A stretch of DNA of 64,000 bases. Source: an uncultured virus (IMG/VR IMGVR_UViG_3300010158_000055). Its lineage: Duplodnaviria; Heunggongvirae; Uroviricota; Caudoviricetes. The stretch is from IMG/VR virus record IMGVR_UViG_3300010158_000055; one strand, given 5' to 3'. The notes below the pieces were generated by a model. That model worked only from the letters and a program-made list of their open reading frames with translations, made no database searches and was not told the DNA's origin. The number at the start of each line of letters is the position of its first letter. Positions within the stretch are counted from its first letter, which is position 1. A program made the position numbers and the translations under genes. Of this stretch, positions 41,859-51,977 are shown piece by piece.

Positions 41859-42281
41859 ATGACATCAATGAACATATTAGTTACAAGAACTGCTAAAGAA
41901 GTAGACCAGATTAACCCAAATCTTAGTTTGGATAATGTCAATTTATCATCAATACCTTCATATGGATATGATCTTGCCAAAGTGATAGATCAACAAAAAA
42001 TGTGGTCAGTGAGAGATCAGCTAAATTCTGCCAGTGTTTTTAAAGTGGCTGACTATGGTACTGATACCATTAATAATGAAGGAAAACATGTATTTACATT
42101 GACTTACGCCGTAAACGATATCTCAGCTGTGCCGGGTCTAACTGTGGATAACGCTTATGACATGTGTATCAGTACCAGACAAACCCAGGCCGAGGCATTA
42201 GGTGTAGGTGATTTCCAGGGATGGAGGCAAAAGTATTTTGATGATCAGTTTACCACCACAGTGGTAGTAACTACCAATTGA
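41859..42281 (+). CDS. Hypothetical protein, paralog B
   Basis: AAGGAG RBS; tandem duplicate of 41422-41847. Confidence 0.75.
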   Translation: MTSMNILVTRTAKEVDQINPNLSLDNVNLSSIPSYGYDLAKVIDQQKMWSVRDQLNSASVFKVADYGTDTINNEGKHVFTLTYAVNDISAVPGLTVDNAYDMCISTRQTQAEALGVGDFQGWRQKYFDDQFTTTVVVTTN

Positions 42282-42298
42282 TACATCAAGTTTCAAAC

Positions 42299-42324
42299 AA
42301 AAAGCCCACCGAGGTGGGCTTTTC
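42299..42324. terminator. Bidirectional intrinsic terminator
   Basis: aaaaagcccac-cgag-gtgggctttt between convergent genes. Confidence 0.85.
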
Positions 42325-42343
42325 AACAACGGTAAAATCTAGA

Positions 42344-42628
42344 TCAAACTAAACCTGCTGCCATGGCACGATATGCTGCGGCAACCATTTTACGGCTTGC
42401 TTCACCATAACGATACTCAGTTACATGAACACCGTTGCCAGCCACACGTGGGTTTGCATAGATAGCATAACCACGGTTACGAATAACTGAAATAGTAGCA
42501 GTTGGGTTTTTAATACCAAAACGCTTGGCAATAGCAGACTCGCTCAATGTTTCACGGTCAAGAACCAATGCTTTGAACAACTTACCCTGTTTTGTTTCTA
42601 GGTCAAATCTTTTTAAATTAACAGACAT
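42344..42628 (-). CDS. Small HTH-like DNA-binding protein
   Basis: IAKRFGIKNP...IS.IR..GY; AGGAG RBS. Confidence 0.55.
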   Translation of the reverse strand: MSVNLKRFDLETKQGKLFKALVLDRETLSESAIAKRFGIKNPTATISVIRNRGYAIYANPRVAGNGVHVTEYRYGEASRKMVAAAYRAMAAGLV

Positions 42629-42710
42629 TTATTTCTCCTTTTAAGTTTGCTTGATTTCTCAATGCATGATGTTATTATGCACTAACTTATGGTGGATTAC
42701 AACCTTCAGT

Positions 42711-43022
42711 TTAACCAATTGTATTGTGTTTGCTCAAAATCTCAATATCAGTTACATTCATTACACGAAAACTGCGCCATTCGTTGTTGTCCAAACAGAA
42801 CACACTTAGGGTTTCTGGTTTGTACAACCGTGTGGTTTGATGTTCTTCTGTGACCACACGTGCCGGCATGGCTTCTGTACGCAAAGTGCAAGGCATGGTT
42901 CTCACTGATCCATCTATCTTGGTAAAAGTCACTGCACAATCGTATTCGGTGAGTACTGAACGCAGGTATCTATTTCTGCCATCCACATCTAATAATGCTA
43001 AAAACGTTTCTGTTTCTGTCAT
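42711..43022 (-). CDS. WYL_2 / Sm-like domain protein
   Basis: VTFTK.DG..RTM.CTL, D...WRSFR. Confidence 0.7.
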   Translation of the reverse strand: MTETETFLALLDVDGRNRYLRSVLTEYDCAVTFTKIDGSVRTMPCTLRTEAMPARVVTEEHQTTRLYKPETLSVFCLDNNEWRSFRVMNVTDIEILSKHNTIG

Positions 43023-43023
43023 G

Positions 43024-43632
43024 TCATTCCCTTATCAATATTGTTCCGTAGTCAGGATTGGCCCGAGTTGTTAAGATTCGATATCCTGAATTTAATAAAA
43101 AAGGCACCACTGCCGCCGACTTTCCAAAGAACTGTGCCCAGCTGGGTTCGTACCAAGTGTCGTCACACACAACCATGCTGTATCTGGCCATTTTGGGCAA
43201 GGCCAACATGATCTGTGCCAGGTGTGCTCGTTGACTGTTGACATTGGTCATTTCCAGTCCCAGAGCTTGATATCTTGCTTGTTGCTCAAGTACAAAATCC
43301 TCGGTACGGTCTGGATGCCAGTCCCAATCAAAATTATCCAAGTATAAAAAACTTATTTGATCGTTGATGTTGGCGAAATCATTTGCCAAATACGCTTCTC
43401 CGGTTTTATTCACCACCTCAACATTTTCCAATCCCCAAGACTGTACCAAAGCACAATTGATGGGATCTATGTCCACTGTGGTCAACCCGCCGGTGGAGCT
43501 GTATCGGTGAGCCCATTCGGCGATGATCTTTGTACTGCCATCATCGCCGTTGCGGCTGGTGCCTATTTCAATATAACGACCGGGTGTCAAAGAATACAGA
43601 TGTTGTTCGGCCTCTAAGAACACTCTGCCCAT
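43024..43632 (-). CDS. SAM-dependent methyltransferase-like protein
   Basis: IEIGT, TVDID, LYLD, CDDT motifs. Confidence 0.7.
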   Translation of the reverse strand: MGRVFLEAEQHLYSLTPGRYIEIGTSRNGDDGSTKIIAEWAHRYSSTGGLTTVDIDPINCALVQSWGLENVEVVNKTGEAYLANDFANINDQISFLYLDNFDWDWHPDRTEDFVLEQQARYQALGLEMTNVNSQRAHLAQIMLALPKMARYSMVVCDDTWYEPSWAQFFGKSAAVVPFLLNSGYRILTTRANPDYGTILIRE

Positions 43633-43800
43633 CAGTTGGAGCTCTCTTTTCTGTTGCCCTTGGTTCTGTTTCTGAGATTGGCGGACACTGCCTGTGCCAG
43701 GCTCTTGTAATGACTTCTCAACAAGGCTCGGTCAGTGACGCGACTCACTGTTAATTTATCTTCTTTGGTTAATAGCACTGCTCTTGGATCGTATGCCATG

Positions 43801-43986
43801 TTAATTTCCTTTTCTTTGTCTACATTGTTGTTGTACTTCTACTGGTATGTCTGGATGCCACCCACCTATCAGCATGCCGCAATTGTATTGTACTGTAACT
43901 GTGTTAAGCTCTGCAAGGCGTATGAGCACAATAAAAACAATCATGATGCCTGCCACCAAAGCAGAAATAGATAACAATAGTTTCAT
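43801..43986 (-). CDS. Small membrane protein
   Basis: TM helix then YNC...WHPDIP...C. Confidence 0.55.
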   Translation of the reverse strand: MKLLLSISALVAGIMIVFIVLIRLAELNTVTVQYNCGMLIGGWHPDIPVEVQQQCRQRKGN

Positions 43987-44381
43987 CGTGAGTTCTCTGC
44001 AAGTTGTTTATATCCACGTGCAGAGGGATGAACACCATCAGCACTGACTTCGGGAATGGGTAGCACAGTGTCTCCATACTCCTGTGCAATTTTTCGCACT
44101 GTGGCCTGTACATCGGGCTTGATAGCTGGCAAGATCCAATACACTCGTTCTGCTTTGGACATTACTCTAACAGTACGCAACTCTGCTTCTGTTTTAATGC
44201 CTGCATAGTCATTGCTACCAAGACTGATGATTATCGTTCGGGCACGGTAAGGACTGCTGGTGATGTTGCGATTGACCCAGTCTCTACTGTTGATACCACT
44301 ACGAGCAATCACACTACATTCCGGTCTTGCTTGCTGTGTGCCCACTGCTATACTATCACCTACAATTAAACATTCTAACAT
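43983..44381 (-). CDS. SGNH/GDSL hydrolase-like protein
   Basis: GDS, GSND, DGVHP motifs. Confidence 0.85.
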   Translation of the reverse strand: MLECLIVGDSIAVGTQQARPECSVIARSGINSRDWVNRNITSSPYRARTIIISLGSNDYAGIKTEAELRTVRVMSKAERVYWILPAIKPDVQATVRKIAQEYGDTVLPIPEVSADGVHPSARGYKQLAENSR

Positions 44382-44489
44382 GTTATTGATCCTCATCTCC
44401 ATTAATTCCATCACTGCCGTATGTAGCAACTAGATATAAAATTAATAGTGCTATGCCAATGATTGTGGCTATCACCTGTTGTTCAATAC

Positions 44490-45800
44490 TCATATCTTTT
44501 CTCCAATGTCAAATCCACGGAATCCTTTGAATCTCGGAAACCTCAAACTGAACGATCCGTCTTGATTTTGCGTAACAGCATCTGCACGTACTTCCACAAT
44601 ATTACCGATAAGGTTATCCCGACCGGCCCAATAAGCAATGCGATCAGCATCTGTAAGTCCGCTTCCGACATTTGTGCTAATAAGTCTACCATCATCTACT
44701 CCTTCTACAATTAATGCACCCAGTCGGCCTAGATTCTTACCTGTGCCTTCTTCGGTACCCGTCACTGTTAATGATACTTCAATGTACGGCTTGAGTTTAA
44801 GCCAAGCCACTGTGCGTTTGCATTGATATCCTGCCGCAGGGTCTTTGATCATGATGCCTTCGTAACCGCCTGCCACTGCTGATCTATTGATTTCACGAAA
44901 GCGAAGTTGTCCTTGCTCGGTGTCTAAATCCACTAGTTCCTGTGCCAACGCTGTGACATTGGGCATGTGATCCGCAATGGGTTCAATCCACGCACGAAGT
45001 TGATTACTGCGTTGATGCTGAGTGCGAACACTGGCTCCTGACAGAAATTCTTTCAATGTCAGTATATCAAACAGATTCAATACTGCATCTGCACTTTCAA
45101 TATTGCTTTTGCGATGTACTTGACGCATGAGGTCTTGGAAGCTCGAACTCATTACTTCACCATCCAACACCATAGGTTCACGAAATAACTTGGCGTGACG
45201 TGCAATTTGTTGGCAAATGTGTGGGAAGTTTACCAGTTCCTTGCCATTACGGCTATACTGATTAACAACCCCGTCTGGATAAACAATAGAGATAACTCTA
45301 ACGCCGTCCAATTTAACTTCCACGAGCTTTTGGCCCGAAACCTTTGATTCGTGATTACTGCTATCATGAGCAAGTTGACAACTGAACACAGGGATAATAT
45401 AATCGACATACGTTTTCTCCACAACAGAATTGATTGTTTTTTCACTTACACCACAGCGTAAGTCCTTGATTAAAATTCTACGGTACCACTGATTCCACTC
45501 CTGTTCAGTGGCCTTGAGTCTCATGTGATTCACTGCTGTGATTGCGGCATTGCCAGTCAATCTACGTTGAGATAAATCTTGTGCTGTTTTCCAAAACACA
45601 TCTGCATTGAGACCTGGACCTGAATCAGACTTGGTTTCTACCTTTCGAATACCATAAGTGATCATGCTGTCCAGTGCCGCACGGGCTCCACGAAAGAATT
45701 CTGTGTTGCCGGCTTTGGCTTCACGTGCCACAACAGATTCTTTAAACAAGCGACTGTTATCGCTTTCTAATTCCCCAACAACTTCCCACGGTTTTAACAT
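44490..45800 (-). CDS. ATP-dependent DNA ligase
   Basis: KLDGVR, LDGE, FDIL, EGIMIK, WLKLK, SLRFP; AGGAG RBS before MLKPW. Confidence 0.93.
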   Translation of the reverse strand: MLKPWEVVGELESDNSRLFKESVVAREAKAGNTEFFRGARAALDSMITYGIRKVETKSDSGPGLNADVFWKTAQDLSQRRLTGNAAITAVNHMRLKATEQEWNQWYRRILIKDLRCGVSEKTINSVVEKTYVDYIIPVFSCQLAHDSSNHESKVSGQKLVEVKLDGVRVISIVYPDGVVNQYSRNGKELVNFPHICQQIARHAKLFREPMVLDGEVMSSSFQDLMRQVHRKSNIESADAVLNLFDILTLKEFLSGASVRTQHQRSNQLRAWIEPIADHMPNVTALAQELVDLDTEQGQLRFREINRSAVAGGYEGIMIKDPAAGYQCKRTVAWLKLKPYIEVSLTVTGTEEGTGKNLGRLGALIVEGVDDGRLISTNVGSGLTDADRIAYWAGRDNLIGNIVEVRADAVTQNQDGSFSLRFPRFKGFRGFDIGEKI

Positions 45801-45829
45801 TTCGGCTCCTAACATTTCACTATACAACT

Positions 45830-45858
45830 ATTATAGCATGACTTGAATTCTGGGTCAA
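45830..45858 (-). promoter_or_regulatory. Sigma70 early promoter
   Basis: TTGACC-17-TATAAT. Confidence 0.8.
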
Positions 45859-46069
45859 CTGTTATTGACCACTGCCTGCACCAGATTTTTAATGCGTAGT
45901 TCACGATACCGGCCAATGCGTTCTTCCAACTCCATGGCATGACCACGATAGTGTGTCACCAGGTCTTCGGCTAAATCGTCCAGCTCTGACTCGGTTAAAT
46001 CGGCTATGGTTTCTGCTAGGCCAATAATTTTTATATCATTGCACATTGTCGTCCTTGCTGTATTTTATG

Positions 46070-46372
46070 TTAATTACCAAGTACTGCCCAGATTGCAGTC
46101 TGCTCTAAGTCTGTTTCAAACTCGGGATATATTCTATCCAATTCTGTTGTGGGTATCTCAGCGTATCCTTTCTTTTGCTTGGCTCTGATCGAATTGTTTA
46201 TTTGATATGCTTCACCACTGAATGGTTTGGTTTGCAATTTCTTACCACGCCTGCCCCAAACAGTCGCATAGTTTCCAGCATCTGCCCCGTGCTTGGGTGT
46301 TCGCAAACAAATAACTGCCCAAATTTTGTCATGGTTATCTTCGCGACACCATCCAATCCATTTGTAATTCAT
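46070..46372 (-). CDS. WGR-like domain protein
   Basis: DKIW, WGRRG, K.KKGY motifs. Confidence 0.65.
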   Translation of the reverse strand: MNYKWIGWCREDNHDKIWAVICLRTPKHGADAGNYATVWGRRGKKLQTKPFSGEAYQINNSIRAKQKKGYAEIPTTELDRIYPEFETDLEQTAIWAVLGN

Positions 46373-46905
46373 TCAGACTCCTGATAAGGTTTGTGTGGTT
46401 CAAGTCCCAATTCCTCAACTCCATCTTTGTACCATACTGTGACATCATCTTCCAATTCGGCAATACCTGCACTGATGCCAAATTCCGTATCTAAATCCAC
46501 AGGAATGGTGTTGGCCACTTCCGCGGCAGTCAAGTCGCCGATGTTGTAGCAGTCGTCTCCGGTTTCATCAAAGATACCACAAAATGCCATGTTGGGTTCG
46601 TAATACCGGGCCGTGACTCGAAAGCCCAGGTCCTGCAATCGTTCGTATGCGGCAATGGGTGGCGACCAGGCTGAATCAAACGCCAAGTCTAACTCAGTGG
46701 GCTTGCAGTTCATAATAAAATTACCGCCACCCACGTCCCATTTGGTTCCCCAATTGTTTACACACCAATCATAATCCCACTCACCGTTGGGTAAAGGGAT
46801 AAATTCTGCCAACAACTCACTGCGAGTGTAGGCCTTCTTTGCACGGTCAATCATGTCAGGATCACTATGTTGTAATTGTAAACTATTTTCACACCAATTT
46901 GGCAT
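46369..46905 (-). CDS. YubB/DUF1281-like ferredoxin-fold protein
   Basis: MPNWC.N, W...NWGTKWD, F.SAWSPP motifs. Confidence 0.75.
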   Translation of the reverse strand: MPNWCENSLQLQHSDPDMIDRAKKAYTRSELLAEFIPLPNGEWDYDWCVNNWGTKWDVGGGNFIMNCKPTELDLAFDSAWSPPIAAYERLQDLGFRVTARYYEPNMAFCGIFDETGDDCYNIGDLTAAEVANTIPVDLDTEFGISAGIAELEDDVTVWYKDGVEELGLEPHKPYQESE

Positions 46906-46906
46906 G

Positions 46907-47191
46907 TTATTCTCCTACTTGTAATTGTTTAATTAATGTATCTTTTTCAATCAATTGAAACTTGAGATCCTGATTCACCTGTGTCAAGACTGAATTTTTC
47001 TCTTGTAACAACTGTAGTTCTTCCTGCAACTCCAGATCCGGTTCAACAAACTGTATGGCCATGTCACAGGCACTGCTGAAACATGTGGGACAAAAACTCA
47101 CTGGCAACATGCCAAAGTGTCCTTGTACTCCACCTTCATCGTCGGAATATTCGGTACTGCATATATTACATATCTGTTCCGGCACTATCAA
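46907..47191 (-). CDS. Small Zn-finger / coiled-coil protein
   Basis: CNIC...CPTC. Confidence 0.55.
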   Translation of the reverse strand: MIVPEQICNICSTEYSDDEGGVQGHFGMLPVSFCPTCFSSACDMAIQFVEPDLELQEELQLLQEKNSVLTQVNQDLKFQLIEKDTLIKQLQVGE

Positions 47192-47534
47192 TCTCCTTTG
47201 TATGACGGCATTGACCTCTAAATGTGTAGCCGGGACATGTACATGCTAACACACCGTCCACACGCTGTACAATATATTGACCGCCATTTGATCCTGCCAC
47301 TGTCCACTGCTGGGTGGATTTGATCTCATTCAAATCAATTTCGCCCAGCTCCGGAACTTCCTCAAATGTACGACCACGACTACTGAATTGGTATGGTTTC
47401 TTTATCACCACTGGCTCACTGGTGCCTGCTGGCAAGTAGCCATACATCTTGTCCCGAGACGTGTTCAACAGGTATATGTGATTGGGCACTGTGTAGTCTG
47501 TGTCCCAGGCAGTGGTTTCTCTATAAAATTTCAC
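47166..47534 (-). CDS. SWIM zinc-finger protein
   Basis: CTCPG...CRH; AAGGA RBS, GTG start. Confidence 0.65.
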   Translation of the reverse strand: MKFYRETTAWDTDYTVPNHIYLLNTSRDKMYGYLPAGTSEPVVIKKPYQFSSRGRTFEEVPELGEIDLNEIKSTQQWTVAGSNGGQYIVQRVDGVLACTCPGYTFRGQCRHTKEIDSAGTDM

Positions 47535-47548
47535 ATCTATCCTTGTTA

Positions 47549-47660
47549 AAAAATAAGTGCTGGTTTTTATTTCAAGTCTAAAACCAGCAAAAGCGACATG
47601 CGGGTTTCTGGAGTATCAAGGCTCTCCAAGGAAGGCATCTCCCCATTACAGCCTGGTTTA
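47549..47660 (-). ncRNA. Unrecognised structured RNA motif, copy A
   Basis: Shares GGGAGATGCCTTCC, AAACYYGCATGTCG and AGACTYGAA with 52688-52806; ends in a hairpin plus U-rich tract. Confidence 0.7.
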
Positions 47661-47975
47661 ATCAGCTCGGGAACAAGCATAAGCACGTAAGCCGGCCTGC
47701 TGTAATACTCGAGCAAATGCATCGGCACCAGCTTCTTTGACGTCCATGCTCTGTCCATGATATGCACCTGCTGTCCACAGGCTTAGACATTTGGGTTTGT
47801 AACTTTTCTTAAAACCCGCGGCAATCAATTCTCGGGCTTGCTTGGAGTTGACTCGATCCACATAAACTTCAACCCAACCAAAACCACAGTATGCAGGCTC
47901 ACCATGTTTAGCAAGAAAATCGTTTTCGGCTTGTACTGCGGCTTGTTGTGCATTTTGAACAATTTCTTTTATCAT
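47658..47975 (-). CDS. Hypothetical protein
   Basis: CGFGWV, QSMD.KE motifs; behind promoter cassette. Confidence 0.7.
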   Translation of the reverse strand: MIKEIVQNAQQAAVQAENDFLAKHGEPAYCGFGWVEVYVDRVNSKQARELIAAGFKKSYKPKCLSLWTAGAYHGQSMDVKEAGADAFARVLQQAGLRAYACSRAD

Positions 47976-47977
47976 TT

Positions 47978-48040
47978 ACAGCTCCTTTTGTTTAACTATA
48001 CTACTATTATACAATATTTGGAATTTTGGGTCAACCAAAA
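47978..48040 (-). promoter_or_regulatory. Early promoter + RBS cassette
   Basis: TTTTGGTTGACC-17-TATAAT...TATAGTTAA...AGGAGCTG. Confidence 0.85.
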
Positions 48041-48313
48041 TTACGCTAGAGTCACTTGTACTTGGAATCCACGCACTGTCATGCCCAGGCCTGTGGGCAC
48101 ATCGGCACCCAAGTGCTGAGCGAAACTGCGTTTGCGAGCCAACTGCTCCATGACATCCCAAACAGCAACTCTGGCATTTGTTGTGGCAAAATCTTCTGCC
48201 ATTTGCCGAACAGTCAAGTAAAACCCAATGTCATATTCACTGCCACCTTGACCAAAAATCACACGGAATCTTTGGCTGTTTTTAAAACCTTCTATGATTG
48301 TTTTTTTACGCAT
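48041..48313 (-). CDS. Hypothetical early protein
   Basis: Between two promoter cassettes. Confidence 0.65.
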   Translation of the reverse strand: MRKKTIIEGFKNSQRFRVIFGQGGSEYDIGFYLTVRQMAEDFATTNARVAVWDVMEQLARKRSFAQHLGADVPTGLGMTVRGFQVQVTLA

Positions 48314-48315
48314 GT

Positions 48316-48378
48316 TCAGCTCCTTAAAATTTAACTATACTAATATTATAACAAATGACCCATTATGGGTCAACCAAA
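48316..48378 (-). promoter_or_regulatory. Early promoter + RBS cassette
   Basis: TTTGGTTGACC-17-TATAAT...TATAGTTAA...AGGAGCTG. Confidence 0.85.
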
Positions 48379-48609
48379 TTAAAAGTGTGGATCCAAGTGG
48401 TTATGCACTCCCGGAATTAAGTAAACATATCTGCAACCAGTTTCAGTGTAGATTGTTCTACCATCGTACGACTGTTTTTTAGTGTACTTTTTACCAGTAT
48501 CAGTGAAAATAAAACGCGGAGTAATACGTGTGATTTTACCATCATAGTATCTATCACCGTTGATACCGTAACTTACATCATCGCCTACATTGTATTTTGC
48601 TTCTACCAT
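48379..48609 (-). CDS. Hypothetical early protein
   Basis: Start MVEAK with AGGAG RBS; promoter TTGCAC-17-TATAAT at 48640-48668. Confidence 0.65.
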   Translation of the reverse strand: MVEAKYNVGDDVSYGINGDRYYDGKITRITPRFIFTDTGKKYTKKQSYDGRTIYTETGCRYVYLIPGVHNHLDPHF

Positions 48610-48679
48610 TTCTAACTCCTTTTTATTAACTATACATATATTATACGGGTTTTGGATTTCTGGTGCAACCAAAATGTCC

Positions 48680-48707
48680 AAAAAAAAGCCCCTTGTAAAC
48701 AGGGGCT
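48680..48707 (-). terminator. Intrinsic terminator
   Basis: agcccct...aggggct followed by a T run on the minus strand, after the Bug gene. Confidence 0.8.
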
Positions 48708-48737
48708 CTCGGCTGTTGTTTTTCTGCAACACATGGC

Positions 48738-49703
48738 TTATTCTATGTTTTTGCTCACGTTTTTAAGCAATTTTAAGGTCTGGGATTGGGTGTTTGCCAA
48801 CTGCTCAAACGTACCGCCCGGGTTTATAATACCAATTGCTTTTAATCTTTCAGCATACACTGGATTTTTAAGTTCTTGATTTATTAAATTGTTGATACGT
48901 GCTCTGGCCGAAAGAGGTGTATCTGCAGGTGCATACACGCCATACCAAATGTTTAAGCCCAGTTCTGGATGTAAATTGGACAACACTGGTACAGTTACGG
49001 CAGGATTCAATTCATGCACCAGTCTAGAACCTTCAGGTGTCAGCGCCGCAATGATTTTAATTTTACCCGACATCCAAGCCGGACGCATGGTGCTCAACAC
49101 ATCAAAGGCAAAGTCTACATTGCCGCCTATTAGGTCTGTCAGTTGTGGTGCACCACCTTTGTAATTGATAATCTGTGGCATAGGTAATTTTTCCAACTTG
49201 GCCCACAGTGTAAAGAGATTTGCAGTGTTTTTATTCCAGTAGGCCACATTGAACCGTTGAGGATTTTTACGCACATAATCTTTTAGTTCTGCATAGGTGT
49301 TGACAGCACTGTTGGCTGGAACAGCCAACACCATGGTACTGATGCCCAAGGGTACTACAGGATCAAAACTAGATTCTGTATATTCAATGCCGTCTGATCG
49401 AGTCTTGAATGCTATGTTGCTGTCCAAGAATCCAGTGCCGCCCATGAACAAGGTATGTCCATCAGGCTTGGCCCGTGCCACAAAGTTTGCGGCTATGACA
49501 GTGTCTGCCCCGGGTCGATTTACAACCACAGCTCGCCATCCGTTGTTGGCAAACATTTCCTCGACGATACGAGCAACACGATCACTGTTACCACCCGGCG
49601 GGTATGCCACCACAATCTCAATGGGTCGCTTGGTTGGGTCAAACTCAGCCACAGCTGACAGTGATGTCAATAATGCTATGGCGATGATAATTCTTTTAAA
49701 CAT
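48738..49703 (-). CDS. Second Bug/TctC substrate-binding protein
   Basis: Signal peptide; YPPGG..D, NRPGA, PDGHTL, YKGGAP...DL.GG motifs. Confidence 0.88.
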   Translation of the reverse strand: MFKRIIIAIALLTSLSAVAEFDPTKRPIEIVVAYPPGGNSDRVARIVEEMFANNGWRAVVVNRPGADTVIAANFVARAKPDGHTLFMGGTGFLDSNIAFKTRSDGIEYTESSFDPVVPLGISTMVLAVPANSAVNTYAELKDYVRKNPQRFNVAYWNKNTANLFTLWAKLEKLPMPQIINYKGGAPQLTDLIGGNVDFAFDVLSTMRPAWMSGKIKIIAALTPEGSRLVHELNPAVTVPVLSNLHPELGLNIWYGVYAPADTPLSARARINNLINQELKNPVYAERLKAIGIINPGGTFEQLANTQSQTLKLLKNVSKNIE

Positions 49704-49704
49704 G

Positions 49705-50838
49705 TTAATCTCCTAGGTAGTATTGTTTTGAATAAATTTCTTTTAACTTTAATAAAGTATTTTGTTCTTTGAGTGCGTTGCTATTTAGAAAATTAAAAAA
49801 CTTTTCATCTGCTCGTATATTATACAATCCTTTGACATAGTTTCTGGCAACTGAATTGCCCAATTTAAGTTGTGCAATCAACATGGGTTCTCCGTCGGCA
49901 TCATATTCATTTATATCTGCACCTGGTGTAATTTTAGCGTTCCACATGGGACTCAGTAATCTCTTTTGAACCCAACTGGCACCAAATGTCAATTCAGGAT
50001 GACGCCCCACTGCTCTTGCCCATGCAGTGTATTCTTGTGGACTATCTCTGACTTGAGAATGCGTACCTCTTTCTCTGACATGGTTGCGACTTTGCAATAA
50101 TTTTAGTGCTTGTTTGGCCAAGTGACTTTGTTTCAGATTCACCATGGGATCCAAGTAAAAACATTCAATATTGTTATGTCCCATTGCAGTGCGAATAAAT
50201 TTGTCAACTTGGCTTGCATAGTAGCAACCATTGTTGAATACTACATTTGGTTTTTCTAATCCCACCACCAGTCCCCAGCGATGCCCGCTGTGATTACGCT
50301 CGCAATGCTCTACTGTTAAATCAGAAACACTGGACTGTCCTAAGCGTAACAAGTCGCCTTTGTTTTGAAAAATCCAATCCTCATCTTTAACAACATGACT
50401 ACGCAATTCTAGATCGTATTCGCCCCAGGTTGTAATTTTACTGGTTGGATCCCAGTGATGCTTCATCAACCAATCCACATGACTGTCTGGATAAGGATCG
50501 CCACCAGAAATTTGATTGGTGTGTTTAACAATGAATTCGTCTACATGTATTCTGTTGCGTTTGAATATATTATAAATTGTATGGCTATCCGTGCCACCGG
50601 ACCACATAAATATCAATCGCTCGTACTTGTTTCTTAGGTTGACAGCATGAGCTGACATTATGTCGTCAAATGTCGGTTCAGGCTCTTGAGTCCAATCCAA
50701 GGCATCGTACTCTCGGTCATGACAATACAACTCCACTGTGTTGCCAGACGTCATTGATTCGTACTGTGCAAGATATATGTTATAAAATATTTTATTATTA
50801 CAGATGTAATAAATTTCGGATGGTGTTGATGCGATCAT
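49705..50838 (-). CDS. PP-loop (adenine nucleotide alpha hydrolase-like) protein
   Basis: FMWSGGTDS pyrophosphate-binding loop. Confidence 0.65.
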   Translation of the reverse strand: MIASTPSEIYYICNNKIFYNIYLAQYESMTSGNTVELYCHDREYDALDWTQEPEPTFDDIMSAHAVNLRNKYERLIFMWSGGTDSHTIYNIFKRNRIHVDEFIVKHTNQISGGDPYPDSHVDWLMKHHWDPTSKITTWGEYDLELRSHVVKDEDWIFQNKGDLLRLGQSSVSDLTVEHCERNHSGHRWGLVVGLEKPNVVFNNGCYYASQVDKFIRTAMGHNNIECFYLDPMVNLKQSHLAKQALKLLQSRNHVRERGTHSQVRDSPQEYTAWARAVGRHPELTFGASWVQKRLLSPMWNAKITPGADINEYDADGEPMLIAQLKLGNSVARNYVKGLYNIRADEKFFNFLNSNALKEQNTLLKLKEIYSKQYYLGD

Positions 50839-50845
50839 TGAATAT

Positions 50846-51977
50846 TTAACGATTAAAAAGATTGTAATTACCGGTATCGTATTTTTTATTACATCTGTAA
50901 AAACTAAGCATGTGAGTGGAGTAGGTTATTGCATCTCGAACTCGAAGCCATTGCGGCGTAGTATCGTCTACAAATTGATTCAACCCTATTTCTAAAGTAA
51001 AACGTATTAGATCCAATAGTACTTTTTTACTCAACGCATAACCACTATCTTGTATTTGATACACACTGGTGGTTGGCATGACTGGATTAATATCATTGTG
51101 TTCTTTGACATTGTCGGAGGAAAGTTGATCTAACCCTGATTCCCACATTATTTTTAAGGCAGATATTTCTAATAATATAGACTTTAATTTATACACCAAC
51201 ACAGGATCTTGAACCTCGGGACATTTTGATAATTCGTCATAGAGACCAATGATGACGCCCAAATGCACAGTGACCCAACATTGTCTTACAAAGTTTCCCC
51301 ACGGATATGTGGGATCCGAGCGTGGATTTGTTTTTAATATATAGCAATCATCTGTACCCACTGGCAGTGGTTCATGTAGGGTTAAAATTCCTGGCGCTGC
51401 TCCTTTCATTCCCACAGCAGTTGGACTTTCTGTTCCATCGGTTCTCGAATGTTTGATTTTATTTAAATTTAAATAAACAACATATATTGAAACTTCTGCA
51501 TTGTGTTGACTGTGTTTATGTGCATAACTGACTTGCGGAGCACCTGTTTTTGGTACTTCTATCACACAAATGTCAGCGGATTTTAAATTACTTACCCAAC
51601 ATTTTGTTCCAGGAAGTAACATGTTTGTGTCTGTATCGTAACGTATAGTATCTGCGGCACGACTACTTGAATAGCAACAAATCGTTTCATGATATGCACA
51701 AGATTTCAACAGACGATCGCCGGCTCGGTCGGGTACAAGGCTGACAGCTAATCTGGATTTATGATTGTGTTGAACACAGTGTGCCATGGATAAATCGCGT
51801 TGGGCAACATACATTAAATTGTAGTAGAAAATTTTCTTTTCCGCATTAGTTGCTGTTGCAAAATCAAAATCAAAAAACGGAGCTAAAATCTTAAGATTTT
51901 TTTGAAAGTCGCTGTTGTCTTGTAAAGATTCTATGGGAAGGTTTAATTTTTCTAGAAGTTTGATATTTTTGAGCATG
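50846..51977 (-). CDS. Divergent acyl-CoA dehydrogenase-like protein
   Basis: LSMAHCVQH, GTKCWVSN, GMKG motifs, helical C-terminus ending in RDA. Confidence 0.5.

Noticed and set aside
47567..47767. 66-aa track ORF across motif copy A
   Set aside because: Overlaps the better ORF 47658-47975 and runs through the structured element.
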